A stretch of DNA of 64,000 bases, taken from a virus. Positions 21,901-32,600 of the stretch are shown here, in pieces. The notes beneath the pieces are model-generated. The model did no database searches and was not told the origin of the DNA. It saw only the letters and a list, made by a program, of their open reading frames with translations. Location of the stretch: IMG/VR virus record IMGVR_UViG_3300026097_001055, positions 50,891-114,890 of that record; one strand, 5' to 3'. Position numbers and translations under genes: made by a program. Within the stretch, counting starts at the first letter, position 1, and the number at the start of each line of letters is the position of its first letter.

Positions 21901-24900
21901 AATTTATATGATGTCTGGAGGTAGTAAAATAATCAAAGGTGCTCCTGAAAGAAATACAATATTTAGAAGAATCTTAAATTTCCTAAAGAATTTATTTGTA
22001 GGTAAAGATGGAAATCAGATGCTTACTGAGATGTATAATAACTTAAGAAAAGGAGAGCTTAATACTTATTTACCAAGTCAGTCTAATAGAATATTCGGAA
22101 AGACATTAAATAAGTTTAAGCCTGTTCCTGGTAATACTCATGAATTTACACCACAAGATTTAATACATGCTAATGAGACAATTGGTGGATATCTTTCAGA
22201 AGTTATTTCAGACAAAACTATAGAAAAGGGAGCTTCTATATTTAGCTTATTGGTTCTTGACCCTAGTACAAACTTACCTAAAATTTATAAAAATGTACAA
22301 CAAAAATTAGAAGCTAAACTTTTAGAATTACAAGCAGAAGAAGAACTTACTTCCAATGAAGAAAATGCTATAAAGCTTATTTCAGCTATACTTGATAACT
22401 GGGGTAATTCTAAAATAGGTATGGTAGCTAATCATTTAGAATCTATCAAATATTTAGATATTACTAAAGTTGATTTTGATGAAGATGCTTTTAGAATTAC
22501 TGAAGAAGATCAAGAAACTATGCGCTTTGATGCTGCAGGTAATGACTTATCTTCTGTAGATGTAGCATCTAAAGGAGTCAAGTTAATGTTGTCTTTAATC
22601 CCTAACAGAGATAATGAAGGAGATGTATTTAGAAATGAGTTAGGAGCTGTTGAATTAGTTCCTTTTGCTAGAGTCTGGTCTGTTGTTAAAGACAAAGTTA
22701 TTGGTAAAAACTCTCCTGAAGAAATGATAGATGCTTTAAAAGAATTAAGATTTAGTTTTCCTTGGGTTATAGATATTATAAACACATTACAACCGGTTGA
22801 AAATATTAATAATTCTTCTAACTTACAGCAATTACTTTACTTAAGAAATAGTTTTTTCCATAGCTTTAATTTAGCTGAAAGAGACCTACACCAGGTAAAC
22901 ATAAATGAAGAAAAGACTATAGTAATTGATGAAGAAGGTGGTAAAACTGTAAATAAAAGTCACACAATAAGAACTGGTGTAGTAAGTGGTGTAAGTAAAT
23001 ATGCTATTACTGAATTTAGAAGTATGTTTGCTTCAGCAGGACCTAGTGAATTTATATTATCTACAACAGAAGGTAACGCTTTAAATGTAACAGCAGTATT
23101 AGATAGATGGACTAAAGCTCCTAACACACCTGAAGAAAAGTTAGCCTTTTTAAGACATTTAGGTTTAGTAATGGTTGATGTACCTGCGGTCAGAGAAGCT
23201 ATTAAGAATATTGAAGTAGGCTTTTTATGGAGTAGTTTAGATGAGTATAATAAAAATTATGTAATAGGTGGAGAAGCTAATGCTAATTTTATTATGGATC
23301 CTCTTACCTTATTAACTTTAGGTAAAAAAGAAATATATAAGATACAAGGTTCTACTAAAACAATGCCTAAAGTTACCGTAACTAGTCAAAGTAGTACCAT
23401 CAATGCTTTAGCTGAAATGCATGTAAAGTATTCAGGTAATTATGCTAACGTTGCTCTTACAACAGCTGATGGAAAGCAAAAGTATAACACAACACTTATG
23501 TCTTCATTAGATGTAATGGTTAAGGAATTAAATAATGTTGAGTCATATGCTGAGTTAGTTAACCTTCCTCATATGAGCCATTTAAAAATGGACAAGTTCT
23601 TTATGGCAAGTGCTAATCCTATTCTAAAATCTTTATTTGAATATGATGAGATTGCTGGTACTTTTGGTAAAAGAAGAAAAGGAATAGTATTTACAGTTGA
23701 TGACCTTACAGGAGTACAAACAGTAGTAAATGAATTATATGCAGACTTTTCTAGAAGTGTGGTAACTGCTAAAATGGATAGATTTACTAGAATACAATCT
23801 GACATATATAGTGGGTTAATGCAAGGTAAGTTTAGTACTACTACTCACTCCGATAAGAGTACAGCCTTAACCTATTATCTAAATAGCATAGAAGGTTCTT
23901 CACCTAAAGCTAAACACTTGTATGTTAATCCAACAGGATTTAGAATAAATGATAATACAGCAGGTATTGAAGAAGCTTTTGCTTTGTTAGAACCTTATAT
24001 TAATGGAGAGCTTGAAAGAATAAATAAAGTAAAAGCTTTCACTAATGGTGAAATAGAATTAGATAGAATTCCTGGAGTTACTATTCCTAATAGTAAAGGT
24101 AAAATGACTGGAGATAAGTTTAAATTTATCTCTGGTATATTTACTAATTCTACACTAGAAGATCTTTCTCAATACAATGATATGAGTGAGGTACCTGATG
24201 AATTAGCTCAGACAATGATAGAAGAATATTCTATGTATGTAGACACTAAAGTTGATGAAATAAAGGATATGTTAGATGGAACTTTATTTGTTGATGCTAA
24301 TATGATAGATCTTCTTAATTCTATGGGTGAAGGTCTTGAAGGAGTTAACCCTAAACAAAAAAGAGAAGCTGCAGAACATGCTGTGTTATACGGATATGTT
24401 ACAAATTATTTCTTTCATCAAGCTGCTACAGTATCCTTACTTTATGGTGATCTTACTGAATACAATATGGCTAAACATGATTTTAATAAACGTAATGCAG
24501 CAGTAGCAGCTACTGGAATACGTATGTTTAGAACAGACAGTGAAGCACTTACTTGGGTAAATGCTGAATACAAATCAACCTCTGATAAATTATCATACGC
24601 TCAAAAACAAGGAGTAGCTGATTATAGAATAGGGGAAGTGTTAAGAACAGCTGTTATTAAAGATCTTTTAAAAGATTCTGTTTCTATGGGTAGTCCTGAA
24701 ATGAAAAAACAGTTAATAGCTAAATATAAAGAAAGAGGCCTTAACCAAACGCAAGCTATAGAAGCAGCAGATAAGCTTATAAACTATTATAAAGGTATGG
24801 AGGTTGCTGATGCTCAAGGTTATATAAGCTTTGATCATTATAGAAAATTAAGAATGCTTAGTGATAGATGGTCTCCTTCATTAGATGCTATCTATTATAA

Positions 24901-27900
24901 AACAATAAATGCTCCAGAAACTGTTACTGAGGAAGAAATGTTACAAGCGTTTCCTCCATTAAAATACCAGTATGATGGGCCATTAGCTACTAAATCTTAC
25001 AATGCTCATGCTTTCCATAAGTATTCATTAGTCCCTTTAATTCCTACAGTGATAGAAGGAACTGATCTAGAAGTTTTACATAATACAATGATTGAACAAG
25101 GACTTACTTATACTACACATAAGACAGGTTCTAAGATTAGTGATGTTGTAGGTGAAACAAATGAGTTAGATGATTGGCATGGTTATTTAAGTACACCTGT
25201 GGATGATAGACCAGCTAGTTTTAATTTTACACCTAATGGTGTTTATCTAAAATATCTAAAAAATCAGTTAGATATCAACACTGTTAAAAAAGGCAAGGTT
25301 ATATTTTCTACTCAGATGCGTAAGCTTATCATAGACGGTATGTATAATATAGGTGAACCTATAAATGAACTAAGCCGTGAAAAAGTAGACAACTATGAAA
25401 AATCTTTAGAGTTGTTTATGGGCATGCGTTTACTAGATCTTCAACTAGAATTAGGAATGGATCCGGAAAATCCTAATTCTAAACCTGATAATGAAAAGCT
25501 TTTAAAATTAATTATTGATGAACTTGATGCTCAAGATATTGCTGAGCACAATCTAGATTACATTAAGCTGGACAGTCAAGGTAACTTTACTTATGACTTT
25601 TCTATAGGTTTGAATTCTTTACAGATAGAGCATTCTTTACTAGCTATTGTAAACAATAGATTAGTTAGACAAAAAGTATTAGGGGAGCCTCTAGTACAGA
25701 TGTCAAATGCAATGATGAGTAAAAGAAAAGCTACAGCAGATGAGTTGGAAACTTATGGTGATAGTGATTTAAAATTTTATCAACCTAATTATTTTGAAGA
25801 TGGTAGAACTTTAGGAGCTGAATCTAAGATATCTATAGGTCAAGGAAACTTCAAGCAGTTGTTTAACTTAATTGACTATAGAGATGGTCAAAAAGTAGGA
25901 GTTGTAGAAAAAGTAGAAAAGGATCTTGAAACAGGTAAGGAAAGAGTAATATACAATGAGAAAAAATCTTTAGAAAGACTTAATGATTTAATACAAGATG
26001 AGACTTGGAGAAAACAAGAAGGTAATATAGAATTAATATCTTTAGCTGGTGTACGTATTCCTGTACAAGGTCATAACTCAATGGTTAATTTTATTGTAAA
26101 AGAATTTTTACCAACCTCTGCCGGTTCTATTATTATACCACCTTTTGAAATTGTTGCTCAATCAGGATCGGATTTTGATATTGATAAGTTGTCTATACTT
26201 ATGCCTCATATTACTAGGCAAGGTAACTCTGTAAAAGCTCTTAGAGCTGACCTATCTATAACAAAAGCATCTGATATTATAGCTAAAAGAGCTGCAATTA
26301 AGACGAAATTAGTAACAGCTAAGAAATCTTTACAGGAAAAAAGAAGTGCCTTTGATATAGCTGCAAAAAAAGCATTCAAAGCTAAGTTAACGGCTGAACA
26401 ATTTCAAGAATTAAACTTAATTAAAAACGAGTATAGAGATTTAATAAAAGAGCAAACAGATTTATTAAAAGATGCTACAGAAGAAACTATAGAATTAATA
26501 GAAGAAAAGATTCTAGAATTAAATACGGCCCAATCTGAAGCAATAAAAGCTTTTGGTAGAAGTATCAATGAAGCCAGAGTAGTAGAGTTTGAAACTAACT
26601 CTAATGAAGCTAAAGAAGTAAATAAAGTATTAGAAACAATCAACTCATATAAATATGATTTAGCTACTCTTAATACTAAAGCTTTTGAAAATGAAATGTT
26701 ATTTAGTATAACAGACATACTAGCATTACCTCAAACATTTTTGTCTTTAATTACACCTAACAGTACTGATATGTTTACAGGTCCTGGTAGTCTAGTGGAA
26801 GAACTAAAAAAGTTTAGAGATTATAAATCAGAAAAAACCGTTCATGAAAAAGACCCGTATAATGATTTACAAAAAACTACCCCTGCTACTAATATTTTAG
26901 AGCCTGCCTACAACATGTCTATTCATGAGCAAAATTCTGTAGGTAAGGATGTATTAGGTACTGCAGCTGTAGCAAACACTTTTAACACTTTATTTGCTAG
27001 AATGGGCTTTACTATACCTAAGTCATATGAAGTGTTTACACCAAAAGGGTCTTACACTAGAGAAGTAGAAATATTTTTAAAAGCAAATGAAGTAACTATA
27101 GAAGGTGAAGAACGTATATCTTTAGCAAGTTTATATAATCAAAAAGGAGTTAAAATAGCAGACATTATAAATCAAATTATAAATGGATATGTTGACGTTG
27201 CTAAAGATGCTTGGATTTTTGATGTTCAAGGAAATAAACAATTAGCACCTGTTTTATTATTTCTTGTTCAATCAGGGGTACCTGTTGAGCAAGCTGTTTA
27301 TTTCTTATCTAACCCTGCTGTAAAAGAATACGCCCGATTAGTAAAAAAATACAGTTCTCCATTTACTCAAATTAAATCAGAAGATGATACTACTGCTAAC
27401 GAAAGAGCTAAAACAGAAATACTCAAGGAATTTGGAGTAAAGAAAACAGCAAATGCTGCAATTTTCGGCTTAGCTAAAAAGAAAAGAAATGAACTTAAAG
27501 AAAGAGGTATCACAGAGTTTAAAGAAACCTATTTAAAAAAATTAACATCTACTGAAGTATATGATAGACAAAATTTTAACATCTTTCTACACTTTTTAGA
27601 ATTACAAGATCATAGTAAGCATGTAACAAGTATAGTAACTAACTTTAATAATGATACTACTAGACAAACTGAATTGTATGGTCTGCAGCAAAAAGAAACA
27701 GAACAAAGAGCTGTACTATCTGAAAATCCATTCTTTTCTGAAACAGAATATGCCAAGCTACTTCAATCCCCTATAGGTAGTTTTTTTCAGGTTAATAATT
27801 TCCAGAATCAGTTATGGTCAGATTTATTTAATTTTTCAGCAGATACTGATATTAATGATATAATAAGTGATTTTTTAGCAGACTATGAACAAAGACAAAC

Positions 27901-29626
27901 TGCTATAAGCATGTTTGGTGATATTGAAAGATTTGCACCTGCTTTTAAGAAAGACTTTCTTACAGCTATGTTTATAGGTGAATTAAAGCAACTTGACTTT
28001 TTACAGAAGAAAGAGTATAAAGGGATACCTATATCAAATACAGATACTGTTGATTTAGTAGCTGTAAGTAAAGATGAAAACGGAAATGTTAGTATAAACA
28101 TTAATGAAGAAAATCTAAAAACTATATTTAATAAAAAACTTTACACCTATCAAAAAAGTAATACTAGTGAGTTAGCAGGTTTAACTTTTCAAAAACAAAA
28201 ATTGGCTACATTACATGCTAATACTTTTTCAGCAAAATTTGGATCAAGCTTTGAAGAGTTTGTAAAGTTTAACATAGAACGTGAGTTAATTAAATTAAAT
28301 ACACCTGTTAAAGAGTATGCAAAAACTGAAAATTACAAAATTAGAAATGCTAAAATAAGAAGCAAAAGAGCTAAAAGAACAGGAGAATCAAATGCAGCTT
28401 ATAACACACGTTTACAAGTAATTACATATAGAGAATATTTAAGAGACACGGCTCTTAACAATATACATAACTTATATGCTATGTTTGGAAGTAAAAGTAC
28501 AGCTGTGTCTACAAGACTTTATAATCTTCAGCAAAAATACCCTAGTTTAGCAAAATCATTTAATTTGTTTGGTGATCTAATACCTGATGTAAGTAAGCCA
28601 TCAAGAGCTACTAGAAATCCTCAGAATTATTATAACATTAAACTTAAAGATAACCGTGTAGAAAAAACTATGTTCTCAGTATATGCTGCTAACATCTTAG
28701 ACTTAATGAACCCTGAAACAATTCCTACTATAAAAGGTGAGTTAACAACAGCTGAACAAAAACAAGAAATAGCTGACTTCTTTAAAGACATTGCTACAAT
28801 AGCTGTATTACAATCAGGATATGATACTAGTAATCCACTATCTTTAATAAAAGCTGTTCCTGAAGAAGCCATTATAAAATTAGTTCAACAAGGTTTAAAT
28901 AAGCATTTTAATACTTTAAATCTGAATAACTTTTTAAATGATTTTATTCAGCAAAACTCTAAAGATGCTAGAAATTCTAGAAGAAGAATGAAAGCATACA
29001 TACCTTTAGATGTAGCAACAGAAAAATCTACAAAGACAAAAAGCTTAACAGAAACTTTAAAAGCTGCAATAAATAAAATTTACCCTGGTTGGATAAATAA
29101 TAAAAATAATGAACTTTCTTTAGTTTCTGAATTTAAAGCGCTTCAGCTATTATCTCAAGAGGAATCCTCAATGAAAGATAGAATTAGTTCTGGAAAAGAA
29201 GCTAAAAAATTAATTAGTGAAATTAAAAAAGGTAAAAATCCTTTTACAAAAGATACTAATGCTAAAGAAGTCCTGCCTAATTTATTTTACAATTACATTT
29301 CAGGAGAGTTAGCTAAAGATGGCATATCTGAAAAAGATATGTTTTTGAATTTATTTAATACTACACGAACACCTACTCAATCATCTACTAGTGTTAAAAA
29401 AGGAATTCCATTAAATTATGAGGGTGTTATTGAGGAAGAAGAATTAGATACTCCAGGTGAAACTATTAAAGATCCTATAACAGAGCTTAAAGAAATATTT
29501 AGTAATTTAGATGCCGCTACTAAAAAGAAATTAGGAGGGGTTACTAAAATAGTTAAGAACTATAAAGCTTTACCATTTGAGATGACTCCACAAGATTATA
29601 TAGAACAAGAAATTAATAAGTGTTAA
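18989..29626 (+). CDS. Virion-packaged single-chain DNA-dependent RNA polymerase (crAss-like / phi14:2 gp66 type) with fused zincin domain
   Basis: 3545 aa. RIPVQGHNSM...AQSGSDFDIDKL catalytic motif (DFDID at 26171-26185), ADAQGY, STQMRK, NGYVDVAKD; HEAWH...EELIAEDF zincin (HEAWH at 21704-21718). Cys only at residue 3 and the last residue. Confidence 0.9.
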   Translation: MKCSLNVEAQLGFTKIFSSGLLNIAKDPAKLEDFSLETYVNYLVNALESKGKDREVILNYVSIIPSIVGQLIPLTQFKPLRPGLRATESAELLDLISDAQGIEELNEIFFEKPSKDQLKKDLKTNRDNKRVDQANADEEVNENPPSDPESEKEMAAEITLNAVPDSVLASTQQVIDEDGNIKPEYVFYNTFLADLSDMLAGDTSAETLAKMSFTDTEGKTVKGITVRMAFLSQVVTNINKRKQNGIDTNPETSRVMPVVIFTNKKGEPIYFKKEDNGMYTVYTEEEAREENDALPVYFAVRAIEKKKGRWVSKTKIQTPLDILQTSKGGKRALEKYKEEDPDGYNADLERIDMQQQQEFLMLHLAKEKLKSTKLSKVRNLLNNHFKGGTYFLQGTLTKRGTGKSRNFNVTDAKAAPELKADDVKNMKVFINDNLQEIIDEQKLAGFKVMERKGVYITQMKKKPKLKTKDGSEFNDVYEIQLKFKKTVNGKIKYTTKTIGVLQATEFNTANTSSIEFAGISKGYIAVERTAETRTSSIKWESSDVPFNPALGGAKVRSTGINPGEIYIPAGNTNIPLQMDSISNEDINTINSLLFDKDLKTQASVKSRVKELSNEDRFKALATILTLGDRNEEGAQSHISGIQYYPKTGKVIVDGVTIKLDDPASVKRGKELVKSLLTETVTTKAGKDSGYTRIKYKISNTVLKTGGNIETYSIENGILKRVNVNVLDFIKDNSIIRVVPLNNEIKYVNGYVRFSLSETAVAEKEGMPTEAEEEVIEKVTPKKPVARRKTTPVKKDIKVTPPKFSETKPVDLTDRGNVGEQRTLDDDLPTIDDLLNKAKNSPELLDSDPVSDAQAKAWLEGPGKALFNNTGISFNRAFDVVNSNAFGTFRDGVISLWKGSDYTVAYHEAWHAFSQHFVTVGDKIKLYNYVAKTDSGKKALAEYAKEKQIDVDSLTDIQKYFAVEELIAEDFRIYMMSGGSKIIKGAPERNTIFRRILNFLKNLFVGKDGNQMLTEMYNNLRKGELNTYLPSQSNRIFGKTLNKFKPVPGNTHEFTPQDLIHANETIGGYLSEVISDKTIEKGASIFSLLVLDPSTNLPKIYKNVQQKLEAKLLELQAEEELTSNEENAIKLISAILDNWGNSKIGMVANHLESIKYLDITKVDFDEDAFRITEEDQETMRFDAAGNDLSSVDVASKGVKLMLSLIPNRDNEGDVFRNELGAVELVPFARVWSVVKDKVIGKNSPEEMIDALKELRFSFPWVIDIINTLQPVENINNSSNLQQLLYLRNSFFHSFNLAERDLHQVNINEEKTIVIDEEGGKTVNKSHTIRTGVVSGVSKYAITEFRSMFASAGPSEFILSTTEGNALNVTAVLDRWTKAPNTPEEKLAFLRHLGLVMVDVPAVREAIKNIEVGFLWSSLDEYNKNYVIGGEANANFIMDPLTLLTLGKKEIYKIQGSTKTMPKVTVTSQSSTINALAEMHVKYSGNYANVALTTADGKQKYNTTLMSSLDVMVKELNNVESYAELVNLPHMSHLKMDKFFMASANPILKSLFEYDEIAGTFGKRRKGIVFTVDDLTGVQTVVNELYADFSRSVVTAKMDRFTRIQSDIYSGLMQGKFSTTTHSDKSTALTYYLNSIEGSSPKAKHLYVNPTGFRINDNTAGIEEAFALLEPYINGELERINKVKAFTNGEIELDRIPGVTIPNSKGKMTGDKFKFISGIFTNSTLEDLSQYNDMSEVPDELAQTMIEEYSMYVDTKVDEIKDMLDGTLFVDANMIDLLNSMGEGLEGVNPKQKREAAEHAVLYGYVTNYFFHQAATVSLLYGDLTEYNMAKHDFNKRNAAVAATGIRMFRTDSEALTWVNAEYKSTSDKLSYAQKQGVADYRIGEVLRTAVIKDLLKDSVSMGSPEMKKQLIAKYKERGLNQTQAIEAADKLINYYKGMEVADAQGYISFDHYRKLRMLSDRWSPSLDAIYYKTINAPETVTEEEMLQAFPPLKYQYDGPLATKSYNAHAFHKYSLVPLIPTVIEGTDLEVLHNTMIEQGLTYTTHKTGSKISDVVGETNELDDWHGYLSTPVDDRPASFNFTPNGVYLKYLKNQLDINTVKKGKVIFSTQMRKLIIDGMYNIGEPINELSREKVDNYEKSLELFMGMRLLDLQLELGMDPENPNSKPDNEKLLKLIIDELDAQDIAEHNLDYIKLDSQGNFTYDFSIGLNSLQIEHSLLAIVNNRLVRQKVLGEPLVQMSNAMMSKRKATADELETYGDSDLKFYQPNYFEDGRTLGAESKISIGQGNFKQLFNLIDYRDGQKVGVVEKVEKDLETGKERVIYNEKKSLERLNDLIQDETWRKQEGNIELISLAGVRIPVQGHNSMVNFIVKEFLPTSAGSIIIPPFEIVAQSGSDFDIDKLSILMPHITRQGNSVKALRADLSITKASDIIAKRAAIKTKLVTAKKSLQEKRSAFDIAAKKAFKAKLTAEQFQELNLIKNEYRDLIKEQTDLLKDATEETIELIEEKILELNTAQSEAIKAFGRSINEARVVEFETNSNEAKEVNKVLETINSYKYDLATLNTKAFENEMLFSITDILALPQTFLSLITPNSTDMFTGPGSLVEELKKFRDYKSEKTVHEKDPYNDLQKTTPATNILEPAYNMSIHEQNSVGKDVLGTAAVANTFNTLFARMGFTIPKSYEVFTPKGSYTREVEIFLKANEVTIEGEERISLASLYNQKGVKIADIINQIINGYVDVAKDAWIFDVQGNKQLAPVLLFLVQSGVPVEQAVYFLSNPAVKEYARLVKKYSSPFTQIKSEDDTTANERAKTEILKEFGVKKTANAAIFGLAKKKRNELKERGITEFKETYLKKLTSTEVYDRQNFNIFLHFLELQDHSKHVTSIVTNFNNDTTRQTELYGLQQKETEQRAVLSENPFFSETEYAKLLQSPIGSFFQVNNFQNQLWSDLFNFSADTDINDIISDFLADYEQRQTAISMFGDIERFAPAFKKDFLTAMFIGELKQLDFLQKKEYKGIPISNTDTVDLVAVSKDENGNVSININEENLKTIFNKKLYTYQKSNTSELAGLTFQKQKLATLHANTFSAKFGSSFEEFVKFNIERELIKLNTPVKEYAKTENYKIRNAKIRSKRAKRTGESNAAYNTRLQVITYREYLRDTALNNIHNLYAMFGSKSTAVSTRLYNLQQKYPSLAKSFNLFGDLIPDVSKPSRATRNPQNYYNIKLKDNRVEKTMFSVYAANILDLMNPETIPTIKGELTTAEQKQEIADFFKDIATIAVLQSGYDTSNPLSLIKAVPEEAIIKLVQQGLNKHFNTLNLNNFLNDFIQQNSKDARNSRRRMKAYIPLDVATEKSTKTKSLTETLKAAINKIYPGWINNKNNELSLVSEFKALQLLSQEESSMKDRISSGKEAKKLISEIKKGKNPFTKDTNAKEVLPNLFYNYISGELAKDGISEKDMFLNLFNTTRTPTQSSTSVKKGIPLNYEGVIEEEELDTPGETIKDPITELKEIFSNLDAATKKKLGGVTKIVKNYKALPFEMTPQDYIEQEINKC

Positions 29627-29628
29627 TT

Positions 29629-32600
29629 ATGAGTGAACGTTGTATTTTAAAAAGTAATCCTCAGTACCAAAATATAGTAAAGATTTTTGGTGATAATGTA
29701 GCTTCAACTTTAGTAATTGAGTTTAATAAAAATATTGCAAGTACAGAAATGTTTTATCCAAAAGTAAAAACATTAACTAATTGGATATCAAAAAACAAAA
29801 CTGAACAAATAGCTAGAGTTAAAGATTTGCTTATAGCTGAACCAGGCATGACTGAAAAGGCTATATTTAATTTACTTTCAGGAGTTATAACTAAATTTGA
29901 AAATAGTTATATGGTTACTAGAGGTAACCTTTTTGGAGGAGGTCTTGTCAACAAAGCTTATAATGAAAAATATACTTATGGTGCTAACATAAGATTAATG
30001 AGAAAACTTGCTGAAGAATTCCCTCAGCATTTTGAAATTATAGATGGTGCTAAAAATAGCTTTACACATATTGTAAAGATTAATCCTATAAAACCAGATG
30101 TAAGTGGTGTCTCACAGCAATCAATTGGACCAGATGGGCAAACTAAATTGTTTGATTATAACGTAGATCCTACAACAAAAGGAGCTCAAACAAAAACTAG
30201 TCAAAGACTACAAAATTTATTTGAAAACAAACCAAAAGTTGCCGCAGTTGATATTGTAGACAAAATAAAAAAAAATAATCCAGAACTAAGACATCTTATA
30301 AATAAACTAGAAGGTTTAATTCCTGCTGGAACAGAAATAATACTAGAGGATTCAACAGGTTACACTACTCCTTTTGGTACAGCTAATGCTAAATATAATA
30401 AAGTAACTCAAGAGATATCTATTGCTAAAAATGCTTTGTTTGCTCAAAGCCCTGAAGCTGTAATACTTCATGAACTTATTCATAGAATAACTTCTGAGCA
30501 ATTAATATTGGATACTAAAGCAACTCTAAAGTTTGATGAGCTATTAACTCAAGTAAGAGAAAAGATAGGAACAAATAGATTTGATTATGCTCTACAGAAC
30601 AAAGATGAGTTTCTAGTAGCCGTATTAATGGATAAAGAATTTGGTGCAGCATTGTCTAAGTTAGAAGGTGTAGATAAAAAAATAAGCTTATTTGAAGAAA
30701 TTATAAACTTTATACTCAGGGTCATAAACATTGAAAAAACAGATAATGCTTATGACCAAGCTGTAAGTTTAGTAAATAGTATCCTAGAAACCATTAATCC
30801 TGTTGTGTCTAATCAACCTGTAAGTGGTATAAAACAAGGAGTGTCAGAACTATTTGAATCTAATCCTGAATTAGCTAATGAAGTATATTCAGCTTTAGGG
30901 TTTGATAGTGTTACTATTCCAAAATATAATATTAATAAAAAATTAAGCAATAAAGATGGAACTAAAAGACTAGCGCAAACTAACGGACTAAACATTACAC
31001 TTAATCCTGTTACATCTATACAAGAATTTTTTGATTATTTTACAGGAAAAGAAGGTGGAATATCTTCTCAACAAAAAAATAAAGTATTAGATGTTTTAAA
31101 AACAAAAGGATATTCTTTAGATAAAATAAAAAAGATACTTGACACAAAACTAAAAATAAATACTTTTTTAGTTTTGCACGAACAAGACCACATTGTTAAT
31201 AATGATAAAGATGTATATTGGAAATCAGGTAAAGATTTATTAACTTCTGATAAAATTAATATAGAAGCTAGAGCTACAATAAATGCTTTAAAGCAACTAG
31301 AAACTCAAATAACCCCACAACAAAAACAAAAAGCTCAACAACTATACTCTCAATATCTTGATACTATATTTCCTGATAGTAAAGTAAAGGATATTGTTTA
31401 TCATGGTACAGGTTCTTCAGAAACTATTGAAAACTTTAACAGAAGAACTTATTTTAGTATTTTAGAAACAGCTTCGGAATATGCTTCTTGGGATGCTAAA
31501 AATAGATTAGAGTATGCTGCTTCTCAAGATCCTAGTTTAACAAAAGATTGGAAATTTAAAGCTAACGTTATCCCAGCTATAATCAATCTTAAGGATCCTA
31601 AAATGTTAAACAAGAGACCTTATAAAGAAACAGAAAAAAATTATCCTGGACATGATGGAATATACTCAGAAAATACTGTAAATCCTTTACAGGGTTCAGA
31701 ATTACAAATAGTTGTTTTTGACCCTAAGAATACTTATATTTTAGGTTCTAAACAAGATATACAAGGATTTAAAGAGTTTGTTGGTACTGAAACTACACCG
31801 TCTTTAACAGAAGAAATAATAGATAATCCTGAAACTATATTTGTAGTAGAAGCTGATCAAGCAGGTAATGTATATACTGAAGAAACAGGGGTTACTAAAC
31901 TAGAAGCTTATCCTAATGTGGTAACTATTATAACAGCTAAGAATTTTAATAGTACAGAAAGTTTAACGGCTGCAGAACAAGACAGTTTAAAAGAAGATTT
32001 AGAAAACTCCTTAGACCTTTTAGAGCAAATAGTTACTGATGATACTGATGTAAAATTTGTAAGCAAGAATATGGGCCAAGGATTAGATGCTATAAACAGC
32101 AACTTCAAAGATTACCTTAAAGCCCGTCTAGAAAATGAACATGGTGTTAAGTCTAAAGAATCTTCTGTAGATCAAGTTAATCAAATAGAAGAAGAAGATA
32201 CTATAATTGCAGATCCTAAAGAAACCGAAAATAAACAAGAGACATTAGAAGAAAAACTTAATCCTAAAAAACAAGAAACTAGAAGATCTACAGCTTTTCT
32301 AATGGATGCTGTAAAAATGTTAATGGATAACTTAGGAATGCCTGAAAGCAGCGTACAGTTCATATCAGCAAATGAGGCAATGTCTATTACCAGAAATGCT
32401 AAAAACTCTTATAATGGACAACCTGCGTTCTTCTACAATGGTGTTGTATACTTTGTAGATGGTCAGATTGATTTTAAAACAGCATTGCACGAGGTTTCTC
32501 ACCCTTTTGTAAAAAGTATACGTTATCAAAATGAAACATTGTTTAACGAGCTTTATGACACTGTAGCAACATCTGAGTTAGGTAAACAAGTTATTGCTCA

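Noticed and set aside
29620-29628. GTG start (MLI...) for the polyvalent protein
   Set aside because: An in-frame ATG at 29629, 2 nt after the upstream stop, is the more plausible start.
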